Source: a virus
IMG/VR virus record: IMGVR_UViG_3300003322_000968
Location: 13,573 to 77,572 of that record
Direction: 5' to 3' (one strand)
Length of the DNA: 64,000 nucleotides
Shown: positions 1 to 11,237 of the stretch, piece after piece
Layout of the letters: the number at the start of each line of letters is the position of its first letter
Numbering within the stretch: position 1 is the stretch's first letter
The notes under the pieces: generated by a model
The model's database searches: none
The model's input: only the letters and a program-made list of their open reading frames with translations
Told to the model about the DNA's origin: nothing
Position numbers and translations under genes: made by a program

Positions 1-22
1 CGCAACGCTTACAGGCGTTTCA

Positions 23-2044
23 GTGGCTACCTATGATATTTTCAAAACCAGGTCTCAATATAAACTAGGAGTGGTTTTCTATGATTTTGCAATGCGGAAA
101 TGTGGCGTAATCACACCACCATTTAATACAAGCGTTGCTGACCCAACATTGGTTACAATTCCCGTTAGAACGTTTGCGATGGGCACGGCGATTAACGCAA
201 TCAATTGGACGCTGAGCAATACGAATGCGCTAACAGAAATACCAGACTGGGCATATTATTATACTGTGGTAAGAACGCTTAATTTAAGGACAAGATATTT
301 TATTCAGGCTGTTCAGCCAGCTTCCACCGCTAAATATGCGACAAAAGATACCGACGGCAACTATGTATTTACAAACAATACTTTCGTTGCAGGCGCGGTT
401 GGAATTGGCCTCGATACAACATCGCTTACTCAGGCCGGCTTGGGATATGCATTTACTCAAGGCGACGTTTGTATCTTAATTAAAGAAGACAATACAATAT
501 ATACACTTGCTGTAATTGATCAAAGCGGTAAATATATTATCGTCAATACGCCAGAGGGCGGAATAGGCGATCTTACAGGCTTTAAGATAATTTATGAAAT
601 CTATACCCCATATCAGGCCAGCAGCCAAGAGCCTTATTACGAAATGGGCGAAATGTATATGGTTGCAAACCCAGGCACGAGTGCGCGGGCTTATAACTCC
701 ACCTCGGGAACCTTGCTACCAGATGCATATGCGCTGACCCGCAACTTTAATAGTATTACGTATTTCGCAGAGACAATGTCGCCTAATGACAGATTTTATA
801 GCCGCTGGGATAATGATGCCGGGAAAATAAATTACATTCTAAAACAAGGTCAAGTATCAAAGCCTGACTTTATAATATTCAGTAATGTTTATATACCAGG
901 TACAGCAACAAATGGACTCTCAACATTTGAAGCTTTAAACGAAAAACCCGTTCCGCTTGAGAATGGGCCAATACAAAAACTACAGTTAACATCCAAGACG
1001 CAAGATGAGGGTACGGTAATGCTGGCAATCTGTAATAATGAAACCGCATCGATTTATTTAGGCGAAACCAGGATATTAGACAATACAGGCACAACCCAGT
1101 TCATTGCCTCTTCGTCAGATGTCATTGGTACAATTAATAACCTAAAAGGCTCATTCGGCACCATCAACCCTGAAAGCGTTACCGAATTTCGTGGCAATGT
1201 ATATTGGCTCGATATGCTCAATGGCAAGTTTATTCAATATTCTCTTAATGGACTATTCCCGATTTCCAATTATAAGATGACGCGTTATTGGAAGTTGTTC
1301 TGTGAACAATTCTTAAGCATGACACAGTCGCAGATAGAAGCTTTGGGCAGCCGGCCTTTTGTTTTTACAACAGTAGATCCGCATCACTGGGAATTATTGG
1401 TTACTGTGCCTAAGCTGTTGAATACGCCGCCGATGGGTTTTCTGCCGGATCCGCCCTACACATCATATGTATATCCATTCGATATTTGGGACGGTCAGGC
1501 GAAAACCCTCGTATACAAGATCAATGCCGAGCCAAATTTCTGGCAAGGGTCTTACTCTTATACGCAAGAGGGCTATATAACAATCCAGAATATTCTATAC
1601 TCATTCAAATTTGGGCAGCTTTATAGACACAATGACACCAGTTCGTATTGTAATTTCAATGGCGTTCAATATAAATCAAGGTTGATGTTTATTTGCAATC
1701 AGCAGCCTGAGCGCGACAAGGTATATGATAACGCAGCTGTTGAGGTTAATATGCGCCCGACGCTTACTTATTTCATGAGCTTATCTCCATATACACAAGT
1801 AAGTAATTTGCAGGATTTTGATTGGCAACAAAAGGAATCAGCAATGTATAGCCAGATTTACCGCAATGTATTGACGCCAACGGCTACAGGCTTAAAGCCG
1901 AATGCCTTAGTTACGGGTGAAAAGATGCGAACCTATGCATTACGCGTTATGCTGGAGTTTACAGTTAGTTCGTTCCCCGTGGAACTGCGATTTGTGAGTT
2001 TAGGATATCAATTAAGTTTAGGTCATTCAATTCCAATACAATGA
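23..2044 (+). CDS. Tail tubular/stabilization protein (P22 gp10-like), 5'-truncated by the window edge
   Basis: The frame is open back to the window start. Beta-rich, with a 'GSFGTINPESV...GNVYWLD' segment typical of podovirus/crAss-like stabilization proteins; lies upstream of ejection-protein-like genes. Confidence 0.6.
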   Translation: MATYDIFKTRSQYKLGVVFYDFAMRKCGVITPPFNTSVADPTLVTIPVRTFAMGTAINAINWTLSNTNALTEIPDWAYYYTVVRTLNLRTRYFIQAVQPASTAKYATKDTDGNYVFTNNTFVAGAVGIGLDTTSLTQAGLGYAFTQGDVCILIKEDNTIYTLAVIDQSGKYIIVNTPEGGIGDLTGFKIIYEIYTPYQASSQEPYYEMGEMYMVANPGTSARAYNSTSGTLLPDAYALTRNFNSITYFAETMSPNDRFYSRWDNDAGKINYILKQGQVSKPDFIIFSNVYIPGTATNGLSTFEALNEKPVPLENGPIQKLQLTSKTQDEGTVMLAICNNETASIYLGETRILDNTGTTQFIASSSDVIGTINNLKGSFGTINPESVTEFRGNVYWLDMLNGKFIQYSLNGLFPISNYKMTRYWKLFCEQFLSMTQSQIEALGSRPFVFTTVDPHHWELLVTVPKLLNTPPMGFLPDPPYTSYVYPFDIWDGQAKTLVYKINAEPNFWQGSYSYTQEGYITIQNILYSFKFGQLYRHNDTSSYCNFNGVQYKSRLMFICNQQPERDKVYDNAAVEVNMRPTLTYFMSLSPYTQVSNLQDFDWQQKESAMYSQIYRNVLTPTATGLKPNALVTGEKMRTYALRVMLEFTVSSFPVELRFVSLGYQLSLGHSIPIQ

Positions 2045-2838
2045 TAGCAGGATCACCATTATTTAAAAACCTTGGAATGGCATCCGGGCTTGATGGCCTT
2101 GATGAAGCAACAGGTGGCGGTAAGCCAAAGCCCAAAGCGGCAACACAGGCGCCATTGCCGGCGCCGGGTACAAAAGTGGTATTACCTGGTTTCGAAGATA
2201 TGCCGTTATATGCACCAGAGGATACGAACAAAGTAAAAATCCAAGATACCAGGACAATAAATCCTGCTACTGGCCAACCGTTTGCAAAAGGACGCCAAGG
2301 CGCTATGACAACAAGCATTAATCCTAACAATGCCAAATTTGTAATTCAACACGCATTAAGTAAGGGGGTTGACCCAAACACTGCCCTGGCGATCGCCTTA
2401 CAAGAAACGAAAATGGGCAACCTGAATGAAGATATGGGTACAGCCAATGAATACATGGCTGATCAGGGTATAGATAATCCATATGAGCAAGGCGCTAATG
2501 CATTAGTAAAGGCCTTGGCGGATAAATTAGCTTATGCAAAAAGGCTTGGTTTTGACAAAAAGGGTGAAGCATTCGCTTTGCAGGCATATAATGGATATGG
2601 CCGATTGACCCCGCAGAATACAGATCCAAATGCAACTGAAACTTTCTACGGCATACCGGTAACCCATCAAAGGCCTTTAGACATGAAACAGAATCCGGTT
2701 TATGGCAAAACAATTATGTCACTGAGGGATGAGGTTATTAAGAAAAATCCTGAGCTACAGGAATTGATTCAAAAAGCAATGCAAGCAAGACAGGCAACAC
2801 CAATGCAGTCACCTGCATTAGCATATACACCACAATAA
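2041..2838 (+). CDS. Virion-associated lysozyme-fold (lytic transglycosylase-like) protein
   Basis: 'GVDPNTALAIALQET' (catalytic Glu helix) and 'ALQAYNG' are SLT-like motifs. Confidence 0.6.
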   Translation: MIAGSPLFKNLGMASGLDGLDEATGGGKPKPKAATQAPLPAPGTKVVLPGFEDMPLYAPEDTNKVKIQDTRTINPATGQPFAKGRQGAMTTSINPNNAKFVIQHALSKGVDPNTALAIALQETKMGNLNEDMGTANEYMADQGIDNPYEQGANALVKALADKLAYAKRLGFDKKGEAFALQAYNGYGRLTPQNTDPNATETFYGIPVTHQRPLDMKQNPVYGKTIMSLRDEVIKKNPELQELIQKAMQARQATPMQSPALAYTPQ

Positions 2839-2849
2839 AAATATACACT

Positions 2850-3527
2850 ATGGGAATGGATCCAATGTCAGCAGTAGGAATGGGCATAGGGCTTATAGGT
2901 GGGATTGGCGGCATATTCGGCAATAAGAAATCACAGCGGGAGCTGAATAGGTTAATCGGCCAGGATCCGCGCTATACGGCAAATCCCATTGCTGCTCAGC
3001 GAATGGGCCTAGCGCAAACTTTATTAAATGCGCGGATGCCTGGCGCCGCTGCTGGTGAACGAAATATATATCAGAATCAGGCTAACATGATGGGCAATGT
3101 TAACCGTAATGCTACGGATGCGTCGCAAGCGCTTGCCTTAGCTGCTGCCGGACAGGGCCAGTCGAATCAGGCATTTGGCAACCTTGCCACACAGGAAGCA
3201 CAGGATTACCAACGCCGTTATGGGAACTTGGTGCAAGCGCAAGAGGGCCAAATACAAGAAGGTGATAAAGTGTTCCAGGATCAGGTTCGTCGCTTTGGAG
3301 ACCTTGCCCAGATCAAAGGCATGCAGGCTCAGAATAGGCAGGCCATGTGGCAGAGCTTAGGCAACCTGGGATTTGGCTTGATGGGGGTAGGTATGGCAAA
3401 CGGCATGAATGGCGGTGGTGGTGGAAGCAATCCGCTCAGCAGCATGATGGGAGGTGGCGCTGGAGGTGCGGCTGGAGGAGGTGGTGCAAGTACCATTGTT
3501 AATAGCATGATGCCTTTTGTAGTTTAA
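2850..3527 (+). CDS. Putative internal virion/DNA ejection (pilot) protein
   Basis: Gly/Ala/Met-rich hydrophobic termini around a Gln-rich helical core; position in the tail module. Confidence 0.5.
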   Translation: MGMDPMSAVGMGIGLIGGIGGIFGNKKSQRELNRLIGQDPRYTANPIAAQRMGLAQTLLNARMPGAAAGERNIYQNQANMMGNVNRNATDASQALALAAAGQGQSNQAFGNLATQEAQDYQRRYGNLVQAQEGQIQEGDKVFQDQVRRFGDLAQIKGMQAQNRQAMWQSLGNLGFGLMGVGMANGMNGGGGGSNPLSSMMGGGAGGAAGGGGASTIVNSMMPFVV

Positions 3528-3546
3528 CTTTTAATTATTTATTACT

Positions 3547-5139
3547 ATGCCACTTGACCTTAGCGGTTTTCGTTCTGAGCCGAACCAGTGGGCTGGTTTA
3601 TATCACACGGCTGACATGCTGGAGAAACGCAAGCTCCGGCAGGAGCAACTTGCGTACATGGGACAGTCGCGCAGGGCTGCCGCTGGCACATTCTTGCAGA
3701 ATTATTTAGACCCTAAAGATTATTTATCCGGCACCACTTATGATCCTATGTTACTCCAGGGCTTGCAAACCGCTATGCAAAAGGGCTCCCAGCTGGCAGC
3801 TGCCGGCGCTGATGCTCCTACTCTTATGATGGCGCTCGGGCCTATGGTGAATAAGATTACGCAGTACTCAACAAATGCAAAGAATATTAATAAACAGGTA
3901 GATGATCAAATAAAATTAATGCGCGAAAGCGGCTTAACGGGTTACGATTATTCAAAACTTAAAGATGAGGCGATGCGTCAGGCCTTTTTCAAAGAAGGCC
4001 CGAACGGCCAAACAATGGCGGATCCGGGCGAGATTGATCCATCGGTAAATTATATACAAAAGGCATTAGAGGCAAATCCGGAAAAGCTAACAACAGCCGC
4101 TGGCTTGGATTTGTTTGCAAAGAATTCACCAATGACAAAGACGCTTTATGATCGACAGACTTATACTGGGTTTGGTGAGCAGGATAGGTCAAAAGTGCAT
4201 TTGATAGGCCAGAATTGGCTTGTGCCCGAAAGAGACAGGTCAGGCAAAATAGTTGATTTGGTACCGGAACATGATATAGCAACCGAGGCCGGACAACCGC
4301 TATTTCACAACTTTATTGATGACAAAGGTCAACAGCAAAGATCGCCAGTACGGCTATTAAGCGAAAGCAGGTTTGATGATATGATGCAGCGGCGCCCTGA
4401 TATAGCAGATTATTTGAAAGGCGTAGTTAAGCAGCATCTAAAAGAGTATACAGATCAGGGGGGCAAACCAATATCAATGCAGGATCCCAGAGCGAAATTA
4501 GTAGCAAGGGCTATTGCTTACGATGAATTGAAGGCGCGAAAAGCTGCCACAATTGAACGAGCTGATATTGTTGATAAACCAAGTCCGCAACAAATATCTT
4601 TAAAAATTGGCGGAACAGACCAATATATAAATAACATTAAGAAACAAACAGAGGCTAGAACACAGACGCGCTTAAATGTTACAAATCAGCTCAAATCAAA
4701 TCCCGGAAAAGTATTTGATGAAATCCTAAGCGGTAATCCGGAATATTTGCAAGGCAATCACGTGCCTATAAATGGTAAAGATGTTATTGAGATAACGCCG
4801 GCCATGCCAGGAGGAGGTTTAAAAGCGGGTCGTGGTCAAAATTTCAAATATGGGAAATTATATTATGATCCCAGCGATCAATCATTCATTGTAGAAAAAA
4901 ACAGCAAAGACAAATATGGAATTGCTAAAACCGAACTAGAGACTATTAAGCACGAAGATCTGGATAAATTTAAATTTCAAATAGGCGAAGCGAATGGCAT
5001 AAAACTTCAAAGTGGCCAAGCGCCTACGCCGGCCGCCGATCCAGCTGCTGAAGATTTCAATAACCGGCAAAAGAAATGGAGGAATGCAACTAAAAGCAGC
5101 GCGAATTCTATATTGAGCCCATTTGGTAAACAACAATAA
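3547..5139 (+). CDS. Putative internal virion/ejection protein
   Basis: 530-aa helical ORF between the pilot-like gene and the large polyvalent protein; function inferred from position only. Confidence 0.4.
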   Translation: MPLDLSGFRSEPNQWAGLYHTADMLEKRKLRQEQLAYMGQSRRAAAGTFLQNYLDPKDYLSGTTYDPMLLQGLQTAMQKGSQLAAAGADAPTLMMALGPMVNKITQYSTNAKNINKQVDDQIKLMRESGLTGYDYSKLKDEAMRQAFFKEGPNGQTMADPGEIDPSVNYIQKALEANPEKLTTAAGLDLFAKNSPMTKTLYDRQTYTGFGEQDRSKVHLIGQNWLVPERDRSGKIVDLVPEHDIATEAGQPLFHNFIDDKGQQQRSPVRLLSESRFDDMMQRRPDIADYLKGVVKQHLKEYTDQGGKPISMQDPRAKLVARAIAYDELKARKAATIERADIVDKPSPQQISLKIGGTDQYINNIKKQTEARTQTRLNVTNQLKSNPGKVFDEILSGNPEYLQGNHVPINGKDVIEITPAMPGGGLKAGRGQNFKYGKLYYDPSDQSFIVEKNSKDKYGIAKTELETIKHEDLDKFKFQIGEANGIKLQSGQAPTPAADPAAEDFNNRQKKWRNATKSSANSILSPFGKQQ

Positions 5140-5156
5140 TTTTAAATTCTTAATAA

Positions 5157-8100
5157 ATGCCACAAGGCCCAGGCGATGATATATTAGATGCCGTTGAAGC
5201 TGGTGAAAGCGATAGTGCTCTAGCCAGTAAGTTCAAATTGAATGCTGATGAAATAAAAGCATTCAAGTCCCTTCATTATGGGTTGTCAAATCAAAAGATG
5301 GCTTATGATGAAATAAGCGATTATTACCCAGAACTAAATAAATATTTTAAACTCGGGCCTTATATTGATGAACGCAACAGGACTGATAAACAACCTGAAA
5401 ACGAAAGGCCTGACTTTACAAAACCCGTAAAACAAAAAACTGTTGCGGAGAGCGCTGGAACACCAGCGCAACTGCGAGCATCGCAGCAAATGGCCGAAGC
5501 AAAAACTTCTGGCACATTGCAGGATAAATTTGATAAAAAAATCACGGCATCAAATAAAGTTATTGATGATGCTATGCGCGCAAACGATGATGTAGCGGAG
5601 CATATGATACGAGACCAACGTTATAAAGCAGCGGAGCAAAAGGGTTATAATGAGTTTGCGGCAGCGCCGCGCACCGACATGCCGGCTGCTAATATGCTTG
5701 CAGGGATTCGCAATAGAGTATTGCCGCCAGAGACGAAACCACAAGACCTGCCAGTAGCGCCTGAAGAGGTGCAGCAGCTGAAATCCGAAGTGCAATCAAA
5801 TGAGCCACAGGCAAGGCAGTTCATTAACCAAATTGTGGTAAGGAAACCTGAGCGGGCGAAAGAGCTTCAAAGCTCACTTTATATGCTTGATGCCGCGCAG
5901 CGTATGAAAGAAAATCCGGAAATAGGTCAGAAGGTTAACTCAAACCTTGAAAGCCTTGAGAAAGGTGAACTAAAATACAATGCGCAAACCGGACAGCTTA
6001 TTAAAGAACAGGGGTTTTGGCCTGCGCTTGTTTCCGGTATTAAAGAGCGCACTCGCCAGTTGGAAATGTATAAAACCCTGGATCTTCCAAAAGCAGACGT
6101 TATTAAAATAATGGAAGATCGCCGGGCTAAATTTGATCCCGATGAACCTGTTGATGCTCCAACTACTGCCGGCGAGATTGCGCAAATGACCGGCATGGAA
6201 TGGGCAGCATTATTAAAAGGCTCGGCAACTGGAGTAGTAGCAACCTTGGCCGATAATCCCGAGGCGGCGCCTTATGTTTCTGCCGCCATCAATGCGCCCG
6301 AATATTACAAAAGAGGTTATTCTTCTGCGTTTGATGAAACATATAATCAGTTGCGCGGTGAGGGTAAATCGCCAGAAGAGTCGTATGATCTTGCAATGCA
6401 GCAAGCTGCTACCGAGGGAAAGTTAAGTGCAGCCGAAGGCGCTATAAGCTCCTTCATAGGCGGTCGTATAGGTATGAAAGAGTTGCCAAAATTTAATATT
6501 ACCGGCAGCTTTAAGAATGCGGTTAAAAATGTAATAACTAAATCAGGCCACTTTGCGGCTGAAACCGGTGTGGAGGGGTTAACCGACGGGCTCGTTGCGG
6601 CATACCTTCAGGACAAAAAGAATGATGCGGCTAGAGAGCACGGTATTTTCAGGCCAGATGATTATCAATTACGCGAGAACATACAGGGCGAATTAACATT
6701 TGCTTTTGCTGCTGGCGCTATGACGCAGGCAGGAAAAAAACTTATAGACCCCGGCACCTATAAGAAAATTTTGTATTGGATGGGCAGGCAGCCCAAAGAA
6801 ACTGTTGATGCAAAGCTTGGTGACATGGTCATGGATGGTAGTATTTCGCAAGAAGAGGCGAAAGACATAAGAGATCAGGTTGTTACTCAGCGTGAAGTTG
6901 ATGGCACCGTTCCTGATGATATTAAAGATGTTTCCAGGATGGCCATGCTCGACAAGATTAAAGAACGCGATGAGCTTGAGGCAAAATTGAAAACCGTTGA
7001 CAAAGCACTCCATCCCGAAATCAAAGAACAGATTGATAAACTAAATGATGCAATTCTCGAACACTCCAAACATAAAAAAGAAAACAATGAAAGCGAAACC
7101 AACGCCGAAACCCAAGCCCAAGCCGAGCAACCCGATGTATTAAAGGGTGCGGAACAATCTTCGCCAGTGGAAGAAGGCGCAGCCGATAATAATACAGGGA
7201 AGGGTGAGGCTGCGCCAGCTGGCGAACTACATTACACAAATCCGGAAGGAACAGAATATGTGCTACGGGACGACAAACTGTATTACAAAAACAAAAAAGG
7301 TGAAGAGGTTGCATTTTCTGACAAGGCAATGCAAACAAAAGATACGAAAGCACTGATTGAAACTATTAAGCAGGCAAATCAATCAAACACTCAAACAGAA
7401 CAAAATGCCGTTCAAGAGCCAAGCCCAGAGGGCATACCTGTACATGCACCATCCGGAAATAGCCAGGCGATGGAGCAAGGAAATGAAGGCCAAGGGCCAG
7501 TCACAGAAGAATCTGCCAAAGCACAAAAAGTAACGCCACAACAGCAAAGCTTTTATGAAAGCAACATGGGTGCTACGCCGGCGCAAACCGGCCGCGTAAT
7601 GCCCGATCCCATCGTTGGTCAACAACCTAAAAAGCTACGGCAAATTATTGCCGATGTTTCAAAGGGATTAAAGCAGCGACTGATATATTCTAAGGCCGGC
7701 CGGCGTGGTGGAATTGGCGCTTACCTACCAAGTTTTAAAGGTATTAAAATTCGCTTTAATGGAGATTTAGATACTACGGCGCATGAGCTTGGCCACGCCA
7801 TTGATGATCACTTTGATCTATATACTATTATAGCACAAGATCCACAAGCCCTACAGGAGCTGGATCAGTTTTCATCGCATGGAAGCACGCCGCCATCTGG
7901 TCACCCTAATCCCCGCACCTATATAGATAAAGAGGGTTTTGCCGAATGGATGCGCGCATATATTGTCAATCCAGCTGAGGCAGAACGGATGGCGCCAAAA
8001 GTAACTGAATTATATAAAGCCAATACCAGCGATAAATTTCAGGATACTATACAACAGTTTTCAGATGACGTAAGAACGTTTGCGGGCTCTAATGGCGGCA

Positions 8101-10610
8101 ATTTGATAATGGCTAATGTTGAATTTGAGCCAGAGAAACCAAAGGGAATTTTAGGCCAGCTTCTTAAGAAAGAGTTAACTAATAATGAATTCTCAGTGAA
8201 TTGGGTTGATCGCATGGCTGCGAATTTCATAAACCCTTTGCATGCCTTTGAGAAAGCCTTTCGCTATGCTCAAGGAATAAGGGGCATTGATGAGGTATTA
8301 CCGGAAAAAGATCCAATTATATTATCACGCATTCTGCTTGGAATTGATGGCAAATTTGGCGAAGTACTGAAAAGCGGAATGATCAATGGCAGAAGTGAAG
8401 TTCTTTCTGATGAGCAAGGAAATGTAAAAAATTTGCAATGGTTATTATCCCCTTTTGACAATACAGATATGGCTTCCATTGTGCAAGACATGAAGGACAC
8501 AATAGCTTTAATGGTCGCAGAAAGAACTGTAGAGCTTGCGGGCAAATTCGAGCGCGGTAATCTATTAACTGGTATTGGCGGTGGTATATTTAGCGACTTT
8601 GAAGCTGCTCAAAAAGCACTGAATGATTTTCATAATGGAGACTCCGAGAGGCTGGCGCGTATTCAGGAGGCAGCAAGCCGTTATCGGGAATTTGCAGATG
8701 ACATCCTTAAGTATGCTGTAGATAAAGGACGGTTTAGTAAAGAACAATATGATCTAATAAAAGAAAATAATATTCAATATGTAGCGCTTTTTAGGTTATT
8801 AGAGACCGAACCAGATGAGGAGTTGACGGTTTTTAAAGGAAAGAGTGGCGCATTAGGCAGCACATCGGAAATCGTGCATTCAATAAAAGGTTCAACCAAG
8901 GCCATAGAAAACCCTTATATATCATTGCTTAACATGCTATATCGAACAATGCGCGAATCAGATCGCAATGAAACATTGCGAGCTTTTCGTGATATGTTGG
9001 TTGATCCGCGTTATAGCAATGAAGGCGAGCCAAAACGGCTATCGGATATTGGAATGATTGCGCAAGAGGGCGACAAGGAGACAATTTCCATTTTTGTTGA
9101 TGGCAAACAAGAGAAATGGCGGTTTCAGAAAGATGTATATGAGCAGCTAAAAGCAATGGATAAGGACGCGTATAAGCTTCCGGCGCTCTTAACTGCGCCT
9201 GGGCAAGCGCTGCGATTCTTTACTACGCACTTTCCGACTTTTGCAGTTCGCAACTGGGTTAAGGACTTACAAGATCGATTAATTAAATCTACAACTGGCT
9301 CGGGCTTCATGGATCTGATAGGCAATAAAGAAGACTGGAATACAATAGCGAGAGCTGGCGGTTTGAACAGCGGCTTTTATCTTAAATCTAAAGAGCATTA
9401 TTATGGGCTTTTGACAGAAGCGATGGATGTTATGGCTAAGGACAAGAAGTTTATTCTTGCAGACCCTGTGATGTTGAAACACGCTTGGAATAAATATTCT
9501 GACCTACTTTATAAAAGCGAAACATCTAATCGTGTAGCGGAATACAGGTCTGCGTTTAAAGAAGCCAAAGAGAAGGGAATGGATGACTACAACGCCATGA
9601 TGTACGGCGCCTATAAAGCAAGGAATTTAATTGACTTTGCAATCATGGGCCATTGGATGAAAATTGCCAACCAAATTATTCCGTTTAGTAATGCGGCGGT
9701 GCAGGGTTTAAGATCAGCGGCCTATAGTATTAAAGAAAACCCTGGTGGTTTTATGGCGCGCACTGCTATTTACTCTATAATACCTGGCATAGCGGCTTGG
9801 ATATGGAATCATCGCAACGATGATGATGAGAAATTATATGAGGAAATGCCGGCGTATCAACGCGACATGTTCTGGAATTTCAGAGTAGGCCCCAATAACT
9901 GGCTTTCAGTGCCGAAGCCTTATGAATTGGCCTTGCCGCAAGCCGGAATAGATAGGTGGTTAAGTTATAAATACTCTAAAAACGAGAAAGCATTTGAGGG
10001 CTACGGTACAGACATTAAAAAATTATTATTACCATTTGATGAAGGCAACTTAGCGGGTCCATACCAAGGCGTTTTTGAAGGAATCACTAACTATGATTTT
10101 TTTAGAGAACGCAATATCATTCCGGTAGATGAAGATCCTTTAAACCTTGCGCTCCGTCACACAGAAACAGCTTCACGGCTTGGCCAGTTGCTGCAAAAAT
10201 ATACAAGTATTGACGGTCGTAAATGGGATCACTTCTTGCAACGTCAGTTTTCATATACCGGCTCATTCGCGCTAAAGCTATCGGATCTTGGTAAAGAAAA
10301 CAGTCGCCATGAATTTGATTTCACGGACACTGGTTTATTTAAGCGCAGTCCGGCATACAATTCAGTATCAGTGCAAAAGATGATTGCTTATGCAAAAGAA
10401 TTTGGTTTAACCAAAACTCCCGCTTATAAATCCTTTAACGGAATGGTAGCAGAATACTTTGCAGCTACAGATAATGAAAAACGTGAAGAAGTTGGAAAGC
10501 AATTAATCGATTACGGTAAAACGCTATATGAAGATTGGGTAAGGAATAAGGTTGATGAACGCAAAATAGAGGCGGCTGAAGCCAAAAAAGCAGCACAACA
10601 AAAGAAATGA
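5157..10610 (+). CDS. Large polyvalent virion protein with zincin-like metallopeptidase motif and LPD38-like C-terminal domain
   Basis: 1817 aa. 'AHELGHAID' HExxH plus a downstream 'EGFAEW'; C-terminal 'YQRDMFWNF...VPKPYELA' resembles LPD38. Confidence 0.6.
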   Translation: MPQGPGDDILDAVEAGESDSALASKFKLNADEIKAFKSLHYGLSNQKMAYDEISDYYPELNKYFKLGPYIDERNRTDKQPENERPDFTKPVKQKTVAESAGTPAQLRASQQMAEAKTSGTLQDKFDKKITASNKVIDDAMRANDDVAEHMIRDQRYKAAEQKGYNEFAAAPRTDMPAANMLAGIRNRVLPPETKPQDLPVAPEEVQQLKSEVQSNEPQARQFINQIVVRKPERAKELQSSLYMLDAAQRMKENPEIGQKVNSNLESLEKGELKYNAQTGQLIKEQGFWPALVSGIKERTRQLEMYKTLDLPKADVIKIMEDRRAKFDPDEPVDAPTTAGEIAQMTGMEWAALLKGSATGVVATLADNPEAAPYVSAAINAPEYYKRGYSSAFDETYNQLRGEGKSPEESYDLAMQQAATEGKLSAAEGAISSFIGGRIGMKELPKFNITGSFKNAVKNVITKSGHFAAETGVEGLTDGLVAAYLQDKKNDAAREHGIFRPDDYQLRENIQGELTFAFAAGAMTQAGKKLIDPGTYKKILYWMGRQPKETVDAKLGDMVMDGSISQEEAKDIRDQVVTQREVDGTVPDDIKDVSRMAMLDKIKERDELEAKLKTVDKALHPEIKEQIDKLNDAILEHSKHKKENNESETNAETQAQAEQPDVLKGAEQSSPVEEGAADNNTGKGEAAPAGELHYTNPEGTEYVLRDDKLYYKNKKGEEVAFSDKAMQTKDTKALIETIKQANQSNTQTEQNAVQEPSPEGIPVHAPSGNSQAMEQGNEGQGPVTEESAKAQKVTPQQQSFYESNMGATPAQTGRVMPDPIVGQQPKKLRQIIADVSKGLKQRLIYSKAGRRGGIGAYLPSFKGIKIRFNGDLDTTAHELGHAIDDHFDLYTIIAQDPQALQELDQFSSHGSTPPSGHPNPRTYIDKEGFAEWMRAYIVNPAEAERMAPKVTELYKANTSDKFQDTIQQFSDDVRTFAGSNGGNLIMANVEFEPEKPKGILGQLLKKELTNNEFSVNWVDRMAANFINPLHAFEKAFRYAQGIRGIDEVLPEKDPIILSRILLGIDGKFGEVLKSGMINGRSEVLSDEQGNVKNLQWLLSPFDNTDMASIVQDMKDTIALMVAERTVELAGKFERGNLLTGIGGGIFSDFEAAQKALNDFHNGDSERLARIQEAASRYREFADDILKYAVDKGRFSKEQYDLIKENNIQYVALFRLLETEPDEELTVFKGKSGALGSTSEIVHSIKGSTKAIENPYISLLNMLYRTMRESDRNETLRAFRDMLVDPRYSNEGEPKRLSDIGMIAQEGDKETISIFVDGKQEKWRFQKDVYEQLKAMDKDAYKLPALLTAPGQALRFFTTHFPTFAVRNWVKDLQDRLIKSTTGSGFMDLIGNKEDWNTIARAGGLNSGFYLKSKEHYYGLLTEAMDVMAKDKKFILADPVMLKHAWNKYSDLLYKSETSNRVAEYRSAFKEAKEKGMDDYNAMMYGAYKARNLIDFAIMGHWMKIANQIIPFSNAAVQGLRSAAYSIKENPGGFMARTAIYSIIPGIAAWIWNHRNDDDEKLYEEMPAYQRDMFWNFRVGPNNWLSVPKPYELALPQAGIDRWLSYKYSKNEKAFEGYGTDIKKLLLPFDEGNLAGPYQGVFEGITNYDFFRERNIIPVDEDPLNLALRHTETASRLGQLLQKYTSIDGRKWDHFLQRQFSYTGSFALKLSDLGKENSRHEFDFTDTGLFKRSPAYNSVSVQKMIAYAKEFGLTKTPAYKSFNGMVAEYFAATDNEKREEVGKQLIDYGKTLYEDWVRNKVDERKIEAAEAKKAAQQKK

Positions 10611-11182
10611 TCTACAAACAAGCAGATTTCAATAATTGTCAATTCAATCCATTAGTAAAAGACCCATTGCTGAGCATGTTCCCGCGCCTAACAGAGATCA
10701 TAGATCCCGAATGGCGAGATGAACACCTGGATAGCATTTTGCGCTATATGATCATGGTGTATGATCCAAAGTCACCCTTAGTTTTTAATGAGCGGGATTT
10801 GAATTATCGTAAGGGCATTGCAGTGGAGTTATCCCGGTTGGATGAAGAGGTATCGGAGGCTGTTATAAATTCTACACACAAATACAGTCTGAATCTGATC
10901 GTTAAATACCTCATACGCTTTGCCAGGTCTAAGGAGTGGGCTGCGATCTGTGCTTTCGAAAGCTCCTATAACGAATCCATTAAGGAGGTCATGGAGCCTA
11001 TATCTGGTAAGAATAGCCGGGAGAAACTGGACTCGGTACAAAAGAAGGCGGTTATTAAGCAGGAAATAATTGAGGATATAAAACGCCTTGATATGCTTTA
11101 CCGAACCTTCTTTGGGGAGGACGAGGAGCTTCAGAAGAACAAGAAGCGCCTAACGCCGGAAATGATAGCAAGCCCCCGCTAA
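10607..11182 (+). CDS. Hypothetical protein, possible terminase small subunit
   Basis: 191-aa helical ORF directly upstream of the large terminase; position only. Confidence 0.35.
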   Translation: MIYKQADFNNCQFNPLVKDPLLSMFPRLTEIIDPEWRDEHLDSILRYMIMVYDPKSPLVFNERDLNYRKGIAVELSRLDEEVSEAVINSTHKYSLNLIVKYLIRFARSKEWAAICAFESSYNESIKEVMEPISGKNSREKLDSVQKKAVIKQEIIEDIKRLDMLYRTFFGEDEELQKNKKRLTPEMIASPR

Positions 11183-11237
11183 AAACTTATCCTACTTTAG
11201 GGCTTATTACACTCCTTCCCGTTAGATTAGGTGTATG
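11182..11237 (+). promoter_or_regulatory. Bipartite phage promoter-like motif AAAACTTATCC-N29-TTAGATTAGGTGTA(TG)
   Basis: Same motif with identical 29-nt spacing at 15631-15686 (+) and 62591-62644 (-); overlaps the terminase ATG. Confidence 0.7.

Noticed and set aside
5157-10610. Virion RNA polymerase as in Crassvirales
   Set aside because: No convincing DxDxD catalytic motif in a polymerase context; motifs fit a polyvalent protein.
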